From IMG/VR virus record IMGVR_UViG_3300013093_000039: DNA of 64,000 nt; one strand, given 5' to 3'. The translations under genes and the position numbers were made by a program. A model generated the notes under the pieces. The model was not told the DNA's origin and searched no databases. It saw only the letters and a list, made by a program, of their open reading frames with translations. The DNA comes from an uncultured virus (IMG/VR IMGVR_UViG_3300013093_000039) (taxonomy: Duplodnaviria; Heunggongvirae; Uroviricota; Caudoviricetes). The first letter of the stretch is position 1. Every line of letters begins with the position of its first letter. This document shows positions 48,511-58,905 of this stretch, piece after piece.

Positions 48511-49344
48511 ATGCCTAGAATCAAAACTAACGCCGATATCCCCGATATTCAGAATACTGTTGACGGGTTCCCTAAGAAGTACATCCCTAAGGTTGGTACC
48601 CGTGATGCAACGCTTCCCGTTAAGATCATCCGTAAGGATGGCACTGTTAACGAAGGCTCAGGAAAGTTTAGTATGTATACTGACCTTACATCTGAAAATA
48701 AAGGTACGAACATGAGCCGTTATCGTATCCTTATTGAAGAGGTCGTAGCAAAGGATGGTTACTTTGTTCACGAAGTTATTAAGGATCTTCTTCATGAGTG
48801 TAAGTCACGACTTAAGTCAGATAATGCTTATGTTAAGATTAAGTTTGACTACTTCCTTAAACGTCAAGCTCCTGTATCAAAGATTGAGTCTCATATGGAT
48901 TACCGAGCTAATATGGAAGGTAAGCTTGTTGATGGTAAGGAGCGTTTGTACCTAACTGTACACGTCATGTATGCTTCACTCTGTCCTTGCTCTAAGGAGA
49001 TCAGTGATTACGGAGCTCATAATCAACGATCAGTAGCTGACGTTACCGTTGAGCTTGATGAGTCAAAGGGTATTATGTGGATTGAAGAGATTATTGATAT
49101 TGTAGAGAAGTGCTCTTCAGCTCCGATTATTAACGCTCTTAAGCGTGTTGACGAAGCTTATCAAACTGAGCTTATGTACGAGAATCCAGTCTTTGTTGAG
49201 GATATGGTTCGTAAGGTAGCTGTTGAACTTGATAAGGAGCTTGATAACCGTATTAAGGACTATTCAGTTGTCGTTAATCACTTTGAGTCAATTCATACAG
49301 CAGTAGCCGTTGCGGTTATTAATGCTGGTAGGGAGCTAAAGTAA
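48511..49344 (+). CDS. folE2: GTP cyclohydrolase IB
   Basis: PDIQ, KGTNMSR, SLCPCSKEIS..GAHNQRS, KRVDE, FVEDMVR, ESIH; start moved to the ATG at 48511. Confidence 0.93.
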   Translation: MPRIKTNADIPDIQNTVDGFPKKYIPKVGTRDATLPVKIIRKDGTVNEGSGKFSMYTDLTSENKGTNMSRYRILIEEVVAKDGYFVHEVIKDLLHECKSRLKSDNAYVKIKFDYFLKRQAPVSKIESHMDYRANMEGKLVDGKERLYLTVHVMYASLCPCSKEISDYGAHNQRSVADVTVELDESKGIMWIEEIIDIVEKCSSAPIINALKRVDEAYQTELMYENPVFVEDMVRKVAVELDKELDNRIKDYSVVVNHFESIHTAVAVAVINAGRELK

Positions 49345-49348
49345 TATT

Positions 49349-49837
49349 ATGGCCGTTTCTGAAGAACAATTAGCAGCGGCTATTATGGCCAAAATTACCG
49401 GTAACAATCTTAAAAAGATTGATGAGAGTTCTCTTACACCAGTAACCCCAGGTATGAACGCTAATAGACTCGACCCTATGAGTTTTATTAGTCGTAATGT
49501 ACCTACAGGCCCTACACCTCTTGAGATTCAAGCAATGCAGCAGGCTAATAGAGAAGCTGAAAGGTTGTACCCACTACCTCAAGCAGACCTAGCACCTATC
49601 CCTCAAATGCCTCCAACAGCACCGCCACCGAATACTACATATAGTATACCTGCACCAGTGCCTGTATCTCAACCAGCACCTGTTACGTTGTCTGAGTCAA
49701 TTCTTACTCGAGAAGATATAGTTTCTATTAGAGCTCAGCTAGAAAAAACAAATGCTACGTTAACAAAAATGTCTGGTATGTTAGGAAAAGTATTTGCATC
49801 TTTTACAGAAAAGAATAAACTCAATAATAGTGACTAG
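49349..49837 (+). CDS. Pro-rich hypothetical protein
   Basis: 162-aa ORF with a coiled-coil-like C-terminus. Confidence 0.7.
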   Translation: MAVSEEQLAAAIMAKITGNNLKKIDESSLTPVTPGMNANRLDPMSFISRNVPTGPTPLEIQAMQQANREAERLYPLPQADLAPIPQMPPTAPPPNTTYSIPAPVPVSQPAPVTLSESILTREDIVSIRAQLEKTNATLTKMSGMLGKVFASFTEKNKLNNSD

Positions 49838-50567
49838 TACTATTACAGTTAATAAAGAACTTTTTGTACAAAAGTTTTTACTCCCTATTAGTAAATTAGC
49901 AGATAATATATCTCTAATTCCTGAAGGTAAAGAACTATACGCCGTTTGTTCCTCCCAGGACGGTAGTATAGTTCTACTTGCCTCTTTAACTCTAGATTTA
50001 CCAATTGAGGGTATTGTCAAAATTAATTTACCTGATGTTAAAAAATTTGTACGATTACTTGAGTGTATTGAAGATAGCTATATTGAATTAACTATTGAAG
50101 ACAATCATATAAAGTATCATACACCTAGTTTTAAGTTTAACTATTATTTACTTGAAGATAGTTACATGCAGAGATGCCCAGTTAATCCTACTAAGATTAA
50201 AACTCTAAAATACGATTCAGGTTTTATATTACAAAATATTAAATTTAATGAAATTCTTAAAGGCAGTTCTATAGCTACAGATTCAGATAAGCTTTATTTC
50301 TATACAAAAAATGATGAAGTATATGCTGAGTTAAATGATTACGAAAGACAGAATATTAATAATCTCACTTATCTTGTAACTGATAAGTTTGTAGGTGAAC
50401 CTATTAAGAATGCTCTTCCGTTAAATCTTGAAAATGTTCGTATGCTTGCCGGTCTTAAGGCAGCTAGTATATCTGTAAAAATTAATAATACATTAAAGGT
50501 AACTCTTTTTGAGGTAACAGATCAAAATGTTAATATAAAGTTTGTTATATCTGCACTTGTAAAATAA
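49830..50567 (+). CDS. gp45: Sliding clamp (gp45-like)
   Basis: Size and alternating beta/alpha pattern; INLPDVKKFVRLL; likely GTG start at 49830. Confidence 0.65.
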   Translation: MTSTITVNKELFVQKFLLPISKLADNISLIPEGKELYAVCSSQDGSIVLLASLTLDLPIEGIVKINLPDVKKFVRLLECIEDSYIELTIEDNHIKYHTPSFKFNYYLLEDSYMQRCPVNPTKIKTLKYDSGFILQNIKFNEILKGSSIATDSDKLYFYTKNDEVYAELNDYERQNINNLTYLVTDKFVGEPIKNALPLNLENVRMLAGLKAASISVKINNTLKVTLFEVTDQNVNIKFVISALVK

Positions 50568-50592
50568 AGAGTATACGTATAAATTACTCTAT

Positions 50593-50943
50593 ATGTCAAA
50601 CAAACTAACTACCCTAGGTTATACTCTTAAAAGACTACGTGATAGCGGATACTACGCTCATAGACTCTTTACTGAGTATAGTGAAATAGATCCTCGAGCC
50701 TGGACAATAGTTATTGACCCAGGTGTAGCTTCTATCTTTTGTACTTGTTATATTAATGATCCGTATATTGGAGAATCATATTTTGAATTGTTTGACGGAG
50801 GTCAGTTTATACCAGGTAGATTGAAGCTTAAGACTAGCTCTCATGAAGTGTTAGTAGAGCATCTAGTTAAGTTTGGTATTAATAATAAGGCACCAGGATA
50901 CAATGAAAAAGGACAGACAGTTTCCTTACAAGGAAAAGAATAA
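50593..50943 (+). CDS. Hypothetical protein
   Basis: 116-aa ORF. Confidence 0.7.
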   Translation: MSNKLTTLGYTLKRLRDSGYYAHRLFTEYSEIDPRAWTIVIDPGVASIFCTCYINDPYIGESYFELFDGGQFIPGRLKLKTSSHEVLVEHLVKFGINNKAPGYNEKGQTVSLQGKE

Positions 50944-50953
50944 GTATCTATGT

Positions 50954-51328
50954 ATGTCTACAGACGAGCCAAATAAAAAGAAGATCTCTAAAAAAAGAAC
51001 TTCTAAAAAATCTATATCTCCAAAGCTTAGTGCTACAGATATAGAACAAGGTGTACCTATAGAGAAAAACCTACATGTTGAGGACGTAATTAAGCAAGCG
51101 TTTTTACGCTTCTACGATAATGCCTCTATTAAAGGTTCTAAGGTAAAAGATTTAGAGCATCTTGATGCTATAACTCAAGAGTATTTAGATTCATATATGA
51201 TCTTAGGTTATGATATAAACGGTGAAAAGGTGTCTATCATGCATGCTGAAAACCCACATGATAGAGATGCTTTAGTTGAACATCTTCGTACTACTCTTCT
51301 TAACTTTCTTAATCCTAACGAACGTTAA
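50954..51328 (+). CDS. Hypothetical protein
   Basis: Start reassigned to the ATG at 50954, downstream of TAAGTA at 50941. Confidence 0.65.
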   Translation: MSTDEPNKKKISKKRTSKKSISPKLSATDIEQGVPIEKNLHVEDVIKQAFLRFYDNASIKGSKVKDLEHLDAITQEYLDSYMILGYDINGEKVSIMHAENPHDRDALVEHLRTTLLNFLNPNER

Positions 51329-51364
51329 TTGGTTTAAGTACTTACCATGCCTTAAATAAAACGC

Positions 51365-53122
51365 ATGGAAGATGATATCATTGAAAATCCTATAGATGAT
51401 AAACAGTATTATCGAGGAGATAAAAATGTACCAAAGGAAGACGCTCAATTTGAGTGGACCCCTAAGATGGTTAAGGAGATAAAAAAGTGTAAAGAGGATA
51501 TTGTACATTTTGCTGAAAGTCATTTCTATATTGTAAACCTTGATAGAGGTAAAGAAAAAATTGATTTATATAAAGCTCAAAAGAGAGCTCTTAAGAGCCT
51601 AGCTGATAATAGGTTTGTTAGTGTACTAGCCTCCCGTCAGTGCGGTAAAACAACTATTACCACTATCTATGCTCTTTGGAATACTTGTTTCTATGACGAT
51701 CAGAGAGTTATTATTGTAGCTAACAAAGAGAGTACTGCTATCAATATTTTTAAACGTATTCGCATGGCCTATGAAATGCTTCCTAACTATTTAAAACCTG
51801 GTGTTAAAGAATACGGTAAAACAGGTGTAACCTTTGCGAACGGTTCTAGTATTGGTATTAGTACAACAACAAGTACAGCGGCAAGAGGTGATTCTGCTTC
51901 CATTCTTTGTATTGACGAGGCTGCCTTTATCGATCAGAACTTTATGGAGGAATTCTGGAAATCAGTTATTCCTATTATCTCTTCTGGTAAGAAAACAAAA
52001 ATCTTTATGGTTAGTACTCCAAATGGCACTGGTAATAAGTTCTATGAAATTTATTCAGGAGCTGAAAAAGGAACTAATGGATGGAAGGCTGAACGTATCG
52101 ACTGGTGGGATGTTCCAGGGAGAGGAGAAAAATGGCGTAAGCAAATGGCCAATACCTTAGGTTCTGATGAAGCCTTTCAACAAGAATTCGGTAACACGTT
52201 TTTAGATCCGTATAATTCAGCTGTTGGTGCTTCTGTTATTGAGCGATTTAAAGAAAAGAAAAAGAAACCTATTTGGGATGCTGAAGAAGGTCATTATAAA
52301 GTTTATGAAGCTCCTGACCCTAATAAGCTATATGTAATCGGGGTGGACGTAGGAGAGGGTATTGGAAGAGCTGCAACAGTAGCACAAGTTTTAGATATAA
52401 CTGATTTAAAAGAAATTAAACAAGTAGCTGTTTTTGGTACAAATATTATTGAACCCTATCATTACTCTAATAAACTTGTTATATTAGCTAATCAATGGGG
52501 TAACCCCCCACTGTTAGTTGAGAGAAATAATTGTGGCGGTCAAATTATAGATAATCTCTTTCATAAACATTTCTATGAAAAAATAGTTAGTTGTTCAAAA
52601 CTAGCTAATACAGGCTCATTTTCTAATACTAGACACTTAGGTATATTAAGTCATAATAATCTTAGGTTTGCTGGTGTAGCTAACATGCGTTATTGGGTTA
52701 ACTTTCTTCAAGTAGTTCATATTAATGATACAGATACTATTCAGGAACTTGAAACGTTTATTAGGTATCCGAACGGTACATATAGAAAGAAAAATGATAA
52801 TTTTTATGACGATCGAGTGATGGCTTTAGTCTGGGGGTTATTTGCCTTAGAACCTGATATATGTCAGCAATATTTTCAAGTAGATGAATTTGATGAACAA
52901 AATAAACCTTTAAAGTTATCTAAAATGTACTATGATGAGGTAAACCCGAGCCAATTTGTTTTAGGAGAGCTATCTACAACAGGTAATGTAACTAATATAG
53001 GAGGTGAAACAACAGAAAAATATCAATCATTAATGTCCGATGTTGATATGAACAGGGCTTTAGACAAAGAAGATTATTGGGATCTATTAAATAATGGATG
53101 GACTACACTCCATAATTCATGA
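51365..53122 (+). CDS. gp17: Terminase large subunit gp17
   Basis: SRQCGKT, CIDEAAF, STPNG, GVDVGEG, DDRVMAL; TAAATA at 51353. Confidence 0.96.
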   Translation: MEDDIIENPIDDKQYYRGDKNVPKEDAQFEWTPKMVKEIKKCKEDIVHFAESHFYIVNLDRGKEKIDLYKAQKRALKSLADNRFVSVLASRQCGKTTITTIYALWNTCFYDDQRVIIVANKESTAINIFKRIRMAYEMLPNYLKPGVKEYGKTGVTFANGSSIGISTTTSTAARGDSASILCIDEAAFIDQNFMEEFWKSVIPIISSGKKTKIFMVSTPNGTGNKFYEIYSGAEKGTNGWKAERIDWWDVPGRGEKWRKQMANTLGSDEAFQQEFGNTFLDPYNSAVGASVIERFKEKKKKPIWDAEEGHYKVYEAPDPNKLYVIGVDVGEGIGRAATVAQVLDITDLKEIKQVAVFGTNIIEPYHYSNKLVILANQWGNPPLLVERNNCGGQIIDNLFHKHFYEKIVSCSKLANTGSFSNTRHLGILSHNNLRFAGVANMRYWVNFLQVVHINDTDTIQELETFIRYPNGTYRKKNDNFYDDRVMALVWGLFALEPDICQQYFQVDEFDEQNKPLKLSKMYYDEVNPSQFVLGELSTTGNVTNIGGETTEKYQSLMSDVDMNRALDKEDYWDLLNNGWTTLHNS

Positions 53123-53712
53123 CAACTTCTATTAACCCGACTCAGCAATCTGTTTTAAACGTACCAAGTAAGGATAAGTTTTTACTTGTACTCAACCTTC
53201 CCTCTATTTTAAAACAGCAAGCACAAACTGATAGTACTATTAGTTTAGAACCTTTAGAAATAAAAGTGTACGGGACCGTAGTACCAACTATACAAGTACC
53301 TTCTAATGAAGTTCGTTTTGGAGGACAATCTCACCATGTATCTAGTTATAGTCGCCCAGCTTACGAGCCTTTAAATGTTAACTTTACTGTTGATAATGGA
53401 TTTAAAAATTATTGGCTACTTTGGAAATGGTTAGCTCTTTTAAATGACCCTCTAGGTAGCTATTACAACGGTACACCTCTTCAAAATTTACCAAATAATA
53501 CAAATATACAATCAGGCTCCATAGCAGAATATTGTACTACGTTCTCTATTTTCGGCTTAGATGAATATAATAATCAGGTTATTGAATTTATTTATTATAA
53601 TGCGTTTATAACTAATTTAGGATCTATAGAATATAGTTATAGAACACCTGAATATATTGAATCTACTGTGCAATTTCAATTCAGTCAATTGAATATCAAC
53701 CTTCTAAGTTAA
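53119..53712 (+). CDS. gp3: Tail completion/tube terminator (gp3-like)
   Basis: YEPLNVNFTVDNGFKNYWLLWKWL and NAFITNLGSIEY. Confidence 0.7.
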   Translation: MTTSINPTQQSVLNVPSKDKFLLVLNLPSILKQQAQTDSTISLEPLEIKVYGTVVPTIQVPSNEVRFGGQSHHVSSYSRPAYEPLNVNFTVDNGFKNYWLLWKWLALLNDPLGSYYNGTPLQNLPNNTNIQSGSIAEYCTTFSIFGLDEYNNQVIEFIYYNAFITNLGSIEYSYRTPEYIESTVQFQFSQLNINLLS

Positions 53713-53749
53713 AAAAATAATCTGTTAGAGCATAAATAATAATAACAAT

Positions 53750-55888
53750 ATGGCACTTTCAATTCAATCACCCGGCGTTCAAATTATTGAAACCGACTTA
53801 TCGCAGACAGTTACTCTACCAGTAGGTACTAGCGTATATGTTGCAGGTTTCGCTTCTCAAGGTCCTACTGACGAAGTAATACAGATTACTTCGATTTCCG
53901 AATTTGAATCAATTTTCGGTACACCGACAAACGCTGCTGAGAGTTATTTTTATTATAATTGCCAAGCTGTTCTTAATTCAAGCGGGAATCTTCTAACTAC
54001 ACGTCTTCCATACGGTTCTGGTAACGGTTTAGGATTTGCTGCTACATATAGTGCCCTTGTTTACCCAGTTGTTTCTGCTTCAACAGGATTTACTATTGGT
54101 TCTCCAGTTCACCAGACACTCACTCAGAGCCAGTACTTAGCAATTCAGCAGAGTAACTTTACATGGGGTGTTACCAATCCTGCTACTGTAGGTATCGGTA
54201 CTCAGAATAATGCAGTACAGATCAACGGTGGTCTTATTGTTCTTAACGACGCTCAAACAGCTGTTGATGAATACAATCAAGGCTATTACGTAAACATTGC
54301 AGACAATACAAATTGGGGGCCAACCTCTCCTTACACTGAAGTTATTAACGTCGTTGGTCTTTCTGCTCAAGACACTTTCCAGACAGTACCTCCTTCAAGC
54401 TTAGCTTTCACCTTAACAGCCGCTTATGGAACACAAGGTAGTTCAATATCTCAGGTTATTGAATCAGTACCAACATACAACTTTGGTAATGCTAGCTATA
54501 ATGATTCTCTTGTATTAACACTCTTCAAGATTCGTAAGTCAACTTATCAACCTAACGTTCTCACATATTCGTTAGTAGAGTCTTATATCGGTTCGTTAAA
54601 TTCTAATCGTACAATTAACGCTCCTACAGGAGGTGCACCTCAGTCCTTCTACTTACAGAATCTTGTTAACAATAATTCTAATAATATAGGTCTTTTTGTT
54701 AACCCAACTATTTCAACCTTTACTAATTGGACATCTCTTTCTGGTAGCATTCCAGGACAAACAGTAAGAGTTGCTACTTCAGCAGCAAATCTTTATGCTG
54801 AAGGTGTATATAATCCAACATATACAACTAACTCTGAAGTAATCGGTAGTGTCGATCAGAAGATCAGTCGTGCTCTTTCACTTGTTAGTGCACCTGAAAC
54901 AACAACAGTTGATCTCGTAGTTGACGCTGGTTTATCAACAATATTTGCAAATACCTCTGGTGCCGGTTTAGGTACAAATGGTATACAAAATAATTACTAC
55001 GACGACACAATTTACGCCGATGTTGCTTCTTTAAGCTCCTACGGTACATCAACTACATTACAGAATTGGAATACAATCTTTAATATATTCAACAACTTCT
55101 GTCAAAACACTCGTAAGGATTGTATGTTTATCGCCGATCCTTTAAGGCAGATATTCGTTAACGGTGCTAATACAAAAACATTAGATAACCCTAGCAATAA
55201 CTTTACATTAAACATCTATAACCCATTACAGAATTCATTAGCTAATGTTGATACAAACTACGCTGCAATTTACGGTAATTGGTTAAAAGTTTATAATGCT
55301 TTCTCAAATAACTATATTTGGGTACCAGCTTCAGGATACGCTGCTGCTACATATGCTAATTCCGATGCTGCTTCTCAGCCCTGGTACGCTCCAGCTGGTT
55401 TAAATCGCGGACAGTTACAGAACGTAACTGACATTGCTTTTAATCCTAATCAGAAGCAACGTGATTACCTCTATACAATTAGTGTTAACCCGATTGCACT
55501 CTTCAACGGTGAAGGTTACGTATTATTTGGTCAAAAGACATTACAGGCTTTACCATCTGCTTTTGATCGTATTAACGTTCGTCGTTTATTCTTAGTACTT
55601 GAAAGAGCTACTAATAAGGCTTTAAAATACTTTGTATTTGAGCCTAATACAGTCTTTACACGTACACGTCTCGTAAATACAATTAATCCGTTGTTTGACC
55701 TCGCTAAAAATACACAAGGCTTATACGACTACTTGGTTGTTTGCGACACTAGAAACAATCCTCCAGCTGTAATTGATAACAATCAATTAAACGTTGATAT
55801 CTATATCAAACCAGTTCGTGCTGCAGAGTTTATTTTGGTAAACTTTATAGCTACAACAACAGGTCAAAACTTTAGCGAATTAATCTAA
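53750..55888 (+). CDS. gp18: Contractile tail sheath gp18
   Basis: SPGVQIIETD, PWYAPAGLNRG, GQKT, AFDRINVRRLF, FEPN. Confidence 0.96.
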   Translation: MALSIQSPGVQIIETDLSQTVTLPVGTSVYVAGFASQGPTDEVIQITSISEFESIFGTPTNAAESYFYYNCQAVLNSSGNLLTTRLPYGSGNGLGFAATYSALVYPVVSASTGFTIGSPVHQTLTQSQYLAIQQSNFTWGVTNPATVGIGTQNNAVQINGGLIVLNDAQTAVDEYNQGYYVNIADNTNWGPTSPYTEVINVVGLSAQDTFQTVPPSSLAFTLTAAYGTQGSSISQVIESVPTYNFGNASYNDSLVLTLFKIRKSTYQPNVLTYSLVESYIGSLNSNRTINAPTGGAPQSFYLQNLVNNNSNNIGLFVNPTISTFTNWTSLSGSIPGQTVRVATSAANLYAEGVYNPTYTTNSEVIGSVDQKISRALSLVSAPETTTVDLVVDAGLSTIFANTSGAGLGTNGIQNNYYDDTIYADVASLSSYGTSTTLQNWNTIFNIFNNFCQNTRKDCMFIADPLRQIFVNGANTKTLDNPSNNFTLNIYNPLQNSLANVDTNYAAIYGNWLKVYNAFSNNYIWVPASGYAAATYANSDAASQPWYAPAGLNRGQLQNVTDIAFNPNQKQRDYLYTISVNPIALFNGEGYVLFGQKTLQALPSAFDRINVRRLFLVLERATNKALKYFVFEPNTVFTRTRLVNTINPLFDLAKNTQGLYDYLVVCDTRNNPPAVIDNNQLNVDIYIKPVRAAEFILVNFIATTTGQNFSELI

Positions 55889-55903
55889 TAAATATATAAA
55901 ATT

Positions 55904-56500
55904 ATGTCACAAACCATCTCCGACTTCTACACATCAGTACAAGCTAACGATTTTGCAAGACAGTTTCAGTTCCGTGTAAACGGTACTTTTGCAAATATCG
56001 ATTTTGCAGAATCTCAGCTTGTATACATCGAATCTGCAGCTCTTCCAGGAAGAGCTATTAACAACGTTGCAGTTCCTTTTATGGGATTAAACTTCAACGT
56101 TCCAGGTACAGCTAGTTACCCAGGTTCAGAAGGCTGGCAGGTTACTTTCCGTTGCGATCAAAATTATAATATTCGTACAGCCTTAGAAAATGCTACTATC
56201 GGTACATTCGATGATAGTTCTTCTACAGGTTCATATAATATTGCTGGTCCTGGTAGTACTATCTCACTTGACTTACTCGGTAAATCTCTTGGTGGTCCTG
56301 ATGGCCCTGTTGTTGTTCGTAGATATAATCTTATAGGTGCTTATATTGTTTCATTAGGAGATATTACATATAATCTCGGAGATAATGGAACAATTGTTAC
56401 ATTCCCTGCAACAATTGCTTATCAATACTGGAGAGTTAGCGCTGGTGGCGGAGCTTTAAACCCTAATACTAACTTTGCAGTAGGTAACGTTTTACCATAG
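55904..56500 (+). CDS. gp19: Tail tube gp19
   Basis: ARQFQF, AALPG, VPFMG, WQVTF, YQYW; follows the sheath gene. Confidence 0.88.
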   Translation: MSQTISDFYTSVQANDFARQFQFRVNGTFANIDFAESQLVYIESAALPGRAINNVAVPFMGLNFNVPGTASYPGSEGWQVTFRCDQNYNIRTALENATIGTFDDSSSTGSYNIAGPGSTISLDLLGKSLGGPDGPVVVRRYNLIGAYIVSLGDITYNLGDNGTIVTFPATIAYQYWRVSAGGGALNPNTNFAVGNVLP

Positions 56501-56531
56501 TCTAGATTTTAGCAATAAGTAATATTGCTAT

Positions 56532-57917
56532 ATGTCAACTCCAACAGGTGACTCAAGTCTAGGTGGTCAGATACCATACTTTTTAAGTAATTTTTTAAGT
56601 AAGCCTGCTAGTGCTTTACCTAAAGGAGCTCAATGGGTATTACATTTTTTAGGTAATGGTTATACAGGTAGTAATAATACGCCTCAGTTAATACCTACAG
56701 ATGCTATTAAACTTGGTATAAGCTATGAACCTAATGTAGCTAACTCTTGGAAAATACAACAAGCATTAGATTTAGTTACAACAAATGAGTACATAGAAAC
56801 AAAAGGTTGTTTATTCGTACAAGCTGTACAAATACCAGGTGAGGGCAATCAAGTTAATCCGGAAGGTTTAATGTTTAATGGGTATATTAGAGGTACAATA
56901 GGTGCTGGTAGAGAACCTTATAATGGTATGCAGATAGTGTTTCTTGAAACAAATGTTAGTTTTGTTGATAATGTTATTAGACCCTGGACAATTGCTACAT
57001 CTCATTTAGGTATGATTGCTAGACCTGGAGGAAGTAATTATCGTTGTAATATAGCTGTTTATAAACTCGGTGTTACCGATCAACAGTCCCCGCCAGTTAT
57101 TTTACAAAAATATACTTTTTACGGAGCTTGTCCTACAACTATTGACGGAGAAGAATATAACTACGCTGTTTCTAATACGCCTACTAATCGTAACACTACA
57201 TTTACATATTATTATTATACGTTAGACACTATTTACGATGGAGCTGAGTTTTTTATTAATAATAAAAATCCTAATGCTGATAGCAGTAGTAGCACAAGCC
57301 CTGATTACGGTAAGATAAAAGCTACTGAATCTATGGTTACACATGTACAGCCACATATACAAGCTACTGAATCTATGGTTACACATGTACAGCCACATAT
57401 ACAAGCTAGTACTCCTTCCTCTGATATAAAACACGGTTCATTAGAAATTCAACCTATAGCTCCTCAAGGAAGTCTTGTAGGAGAAATTTTACAAACAATA
57501 TCTAATCTTATTATACCATTTAATTTCTTTACTCCTCCTTTAGAAACTTTTATAGTAGCACCAGAAATAATAACACCTAATCCGCCTCCTGTTATAGTAC
57601 CACCTACAAGTACGGTCTCGAACACATCAAATACTATAATAGCTGATACTGCTGTTACTTCAACAACGACTCCAACAATACAAGCTGATACTGTTGTACA
57701 GCCTTCTACAATATCTTCAATACAAGCTAATAACAAATCTGAGACAACAGTAACACCCACTATAATAGCACAAAATGAAACTGCTAATTTAGATAAATTA
57801 GCTAAACAAAATATTTTAAATATCGGAGTAACTTCTTCTCCACCAGTAGTAAAACCTATAGTTTTACAAACTATTTCTAGAGCTCAAGCTGAATCCCAAG
57901 TAGCTGTAAAAGTATAG
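56532..57917 (+). CDS. Tube-fold baseplate protein (gp54-like) with a Thr/Pro-rich extension
   Basis: VQIPGE, FLETN..FVDNVIRPW, FYGACP; low-complexity C-terminal half. Confidence 0.6.
   Translation: MSTPTGDSSLGGQIPYFLSNFLSKPASALPKGAQWVLHFLGNGYTGSNNTPQLIPTDAIKLGISYEPNVANSWKIQQALDLVTTNEYIETKGCLFVQAVQIPGEGNQVNPEGLMFNGYIRGTIGAGREPYNGMQIVFLETNVSFVDNVIRPWTIATSHLGMIARPGGSNYRCNIAVYKLGVTDQQSPPVILQKYTFYGACPTTIDGEEYNYAVSNTPTNRNTTFTYYYYTLDTIYDGAEFFINNKNPNADSSSSTSPDYGKIKATESMVTHVQPHIQATESMVTHVQPHIQASTPSSDIKHGSLEIQPIAPQGSLVGEILQTISNLIIPFNFFTPPLETFIVAPEIITPNPPPVIVPPTSTVSNTSNTIIADTAVTSTTTPTIQADTVVQPSTISSIQANNKSETTVTPTIIAQNETANLDKLAKQNILNIGVTSSPPVVKPIVLQTISRAQAESQVAVKV
57319..57408 (+). repeat. Exact 42-bp in-frame tandem duplication (ATESMVTHVQPHIQ x2)
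   Basis: 57319-57360 is identical to 57361-57402, followed by a partial AAGCTA. Confidence 0.95.
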
Positions 57918-57948
57918 AATTTTTAACATACATTATATAAGTTAATAG

Positions 57949-58890
57949 GTGAGTAGTTTTTTAAGCAAGATTAAAGTAAGTAATAGAATTCTTTATTGTA
58001 AAGAGTTAAAAGTAAAACATCATAAGCTTATTTTAAAAAGCCTTTTTGGAGATACTCCTGATTATGAATCAGTTTTTTACAATATAAATAATGTACTTGC
58101 TGAACTATCTAATTTAACTTTTGAAGAAATAAACAAGTTTAATATTATTGATTATTTTTTATTATTGTTTGAAATAAGAAGTTTGAGTATAGGTAGTAAA
58201 ATTGCTGCTGAAACAACTGGAGAAAAAGTTATTAAGTTAACTTTAGATATTAATAAATTCTGTGATTGTTTAAAAAATATTAATATATTAGATTTATTAT
58301 TACCTGAAACGATTGATGATTATACTTTTAGTTACAAACTACCAACAATATTCGATATAGTTAATATAGATATTTCTTCTCAAGAAACAATATACAATTT
58401 ATTTGTAAAGTCTTTAGCAGTAAAAGATACTTATATTGATTTTACGCAATGCGATAGTGCTACGTCTATTAAAATTTTAGAATCATTACCAGCTAGAATT
58501 ACATTCAATCTTAATAAACGATCTCAAAGTATAATAACAAAATTCAATGATATTAATCTTCTTTCTTACTTACCCGGATTAAAAGATAAACAATTAATGT
58601 TTAATTTTAACATTGATAATTTAGGTACTATACTCAAATTGCTATTTGGTGAACAATTATTAACACTATATGTCAATATTTTTAATTTATGTAGAATAGG
58701 TAATCTAACACCTGAGTATATTGAAAACTGTACACCTGGGGAATATATACTTTTTACAAAAAAAATAGAAGAATTACAACAAATTAATAAAGCATCTCAA
58801 CTTGAAAATGTGAATATACCTACAAACTCGTTTGGTTACCCTGATATACCTCCTCAAGTATCAAGATCAGAATCTCCTTCTAAAGGTTGA
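57949..58890 (+). CDS. Baseplate hub assembly protein (gp26-like, with gp51-like C-terminus)
   Basis: LKVKHHKLIL, IDYFLLLFEIRSLSIG, LTPEYIENCTPGE. Confidence 0.6.
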   Translation: MSSFLSKIKVSNRILYCKELKVKHHKLILKSLFGDTPDYESVFYNINNVLAELSNLTFEEINKFNIIDYFLLLFEIRSLSIGSKIAAETTGEKVIKLTLDINKFCDCLKNINILDLLLPETIDDYTFSYKLPTIFDIVNIDISSQETIYNLFVKSLAVKDTYIDFTQCDSATSIKILESLPARITFNLNKRSQSIITKFNDINLLSYLPGLKDKQLMFNFNIDNLGTILKLLFGEQLLTLYVNIFNLCRIGNLTPEYIENCTPGEYILFTKKIEELQQINKASQLENVNIPTNSFGYPDIPPQVSRSESPSKG

Positions 58891-58905
58891 TAAGAGCAAG
58901 TTCTA

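Noticed and set aside
36804..53122. Inteins or introns in polymerase, helicase, UvsX or terminase
   Set aside because: Lengths are normal, motifs are contiguous and no splice-junction motifs were seen
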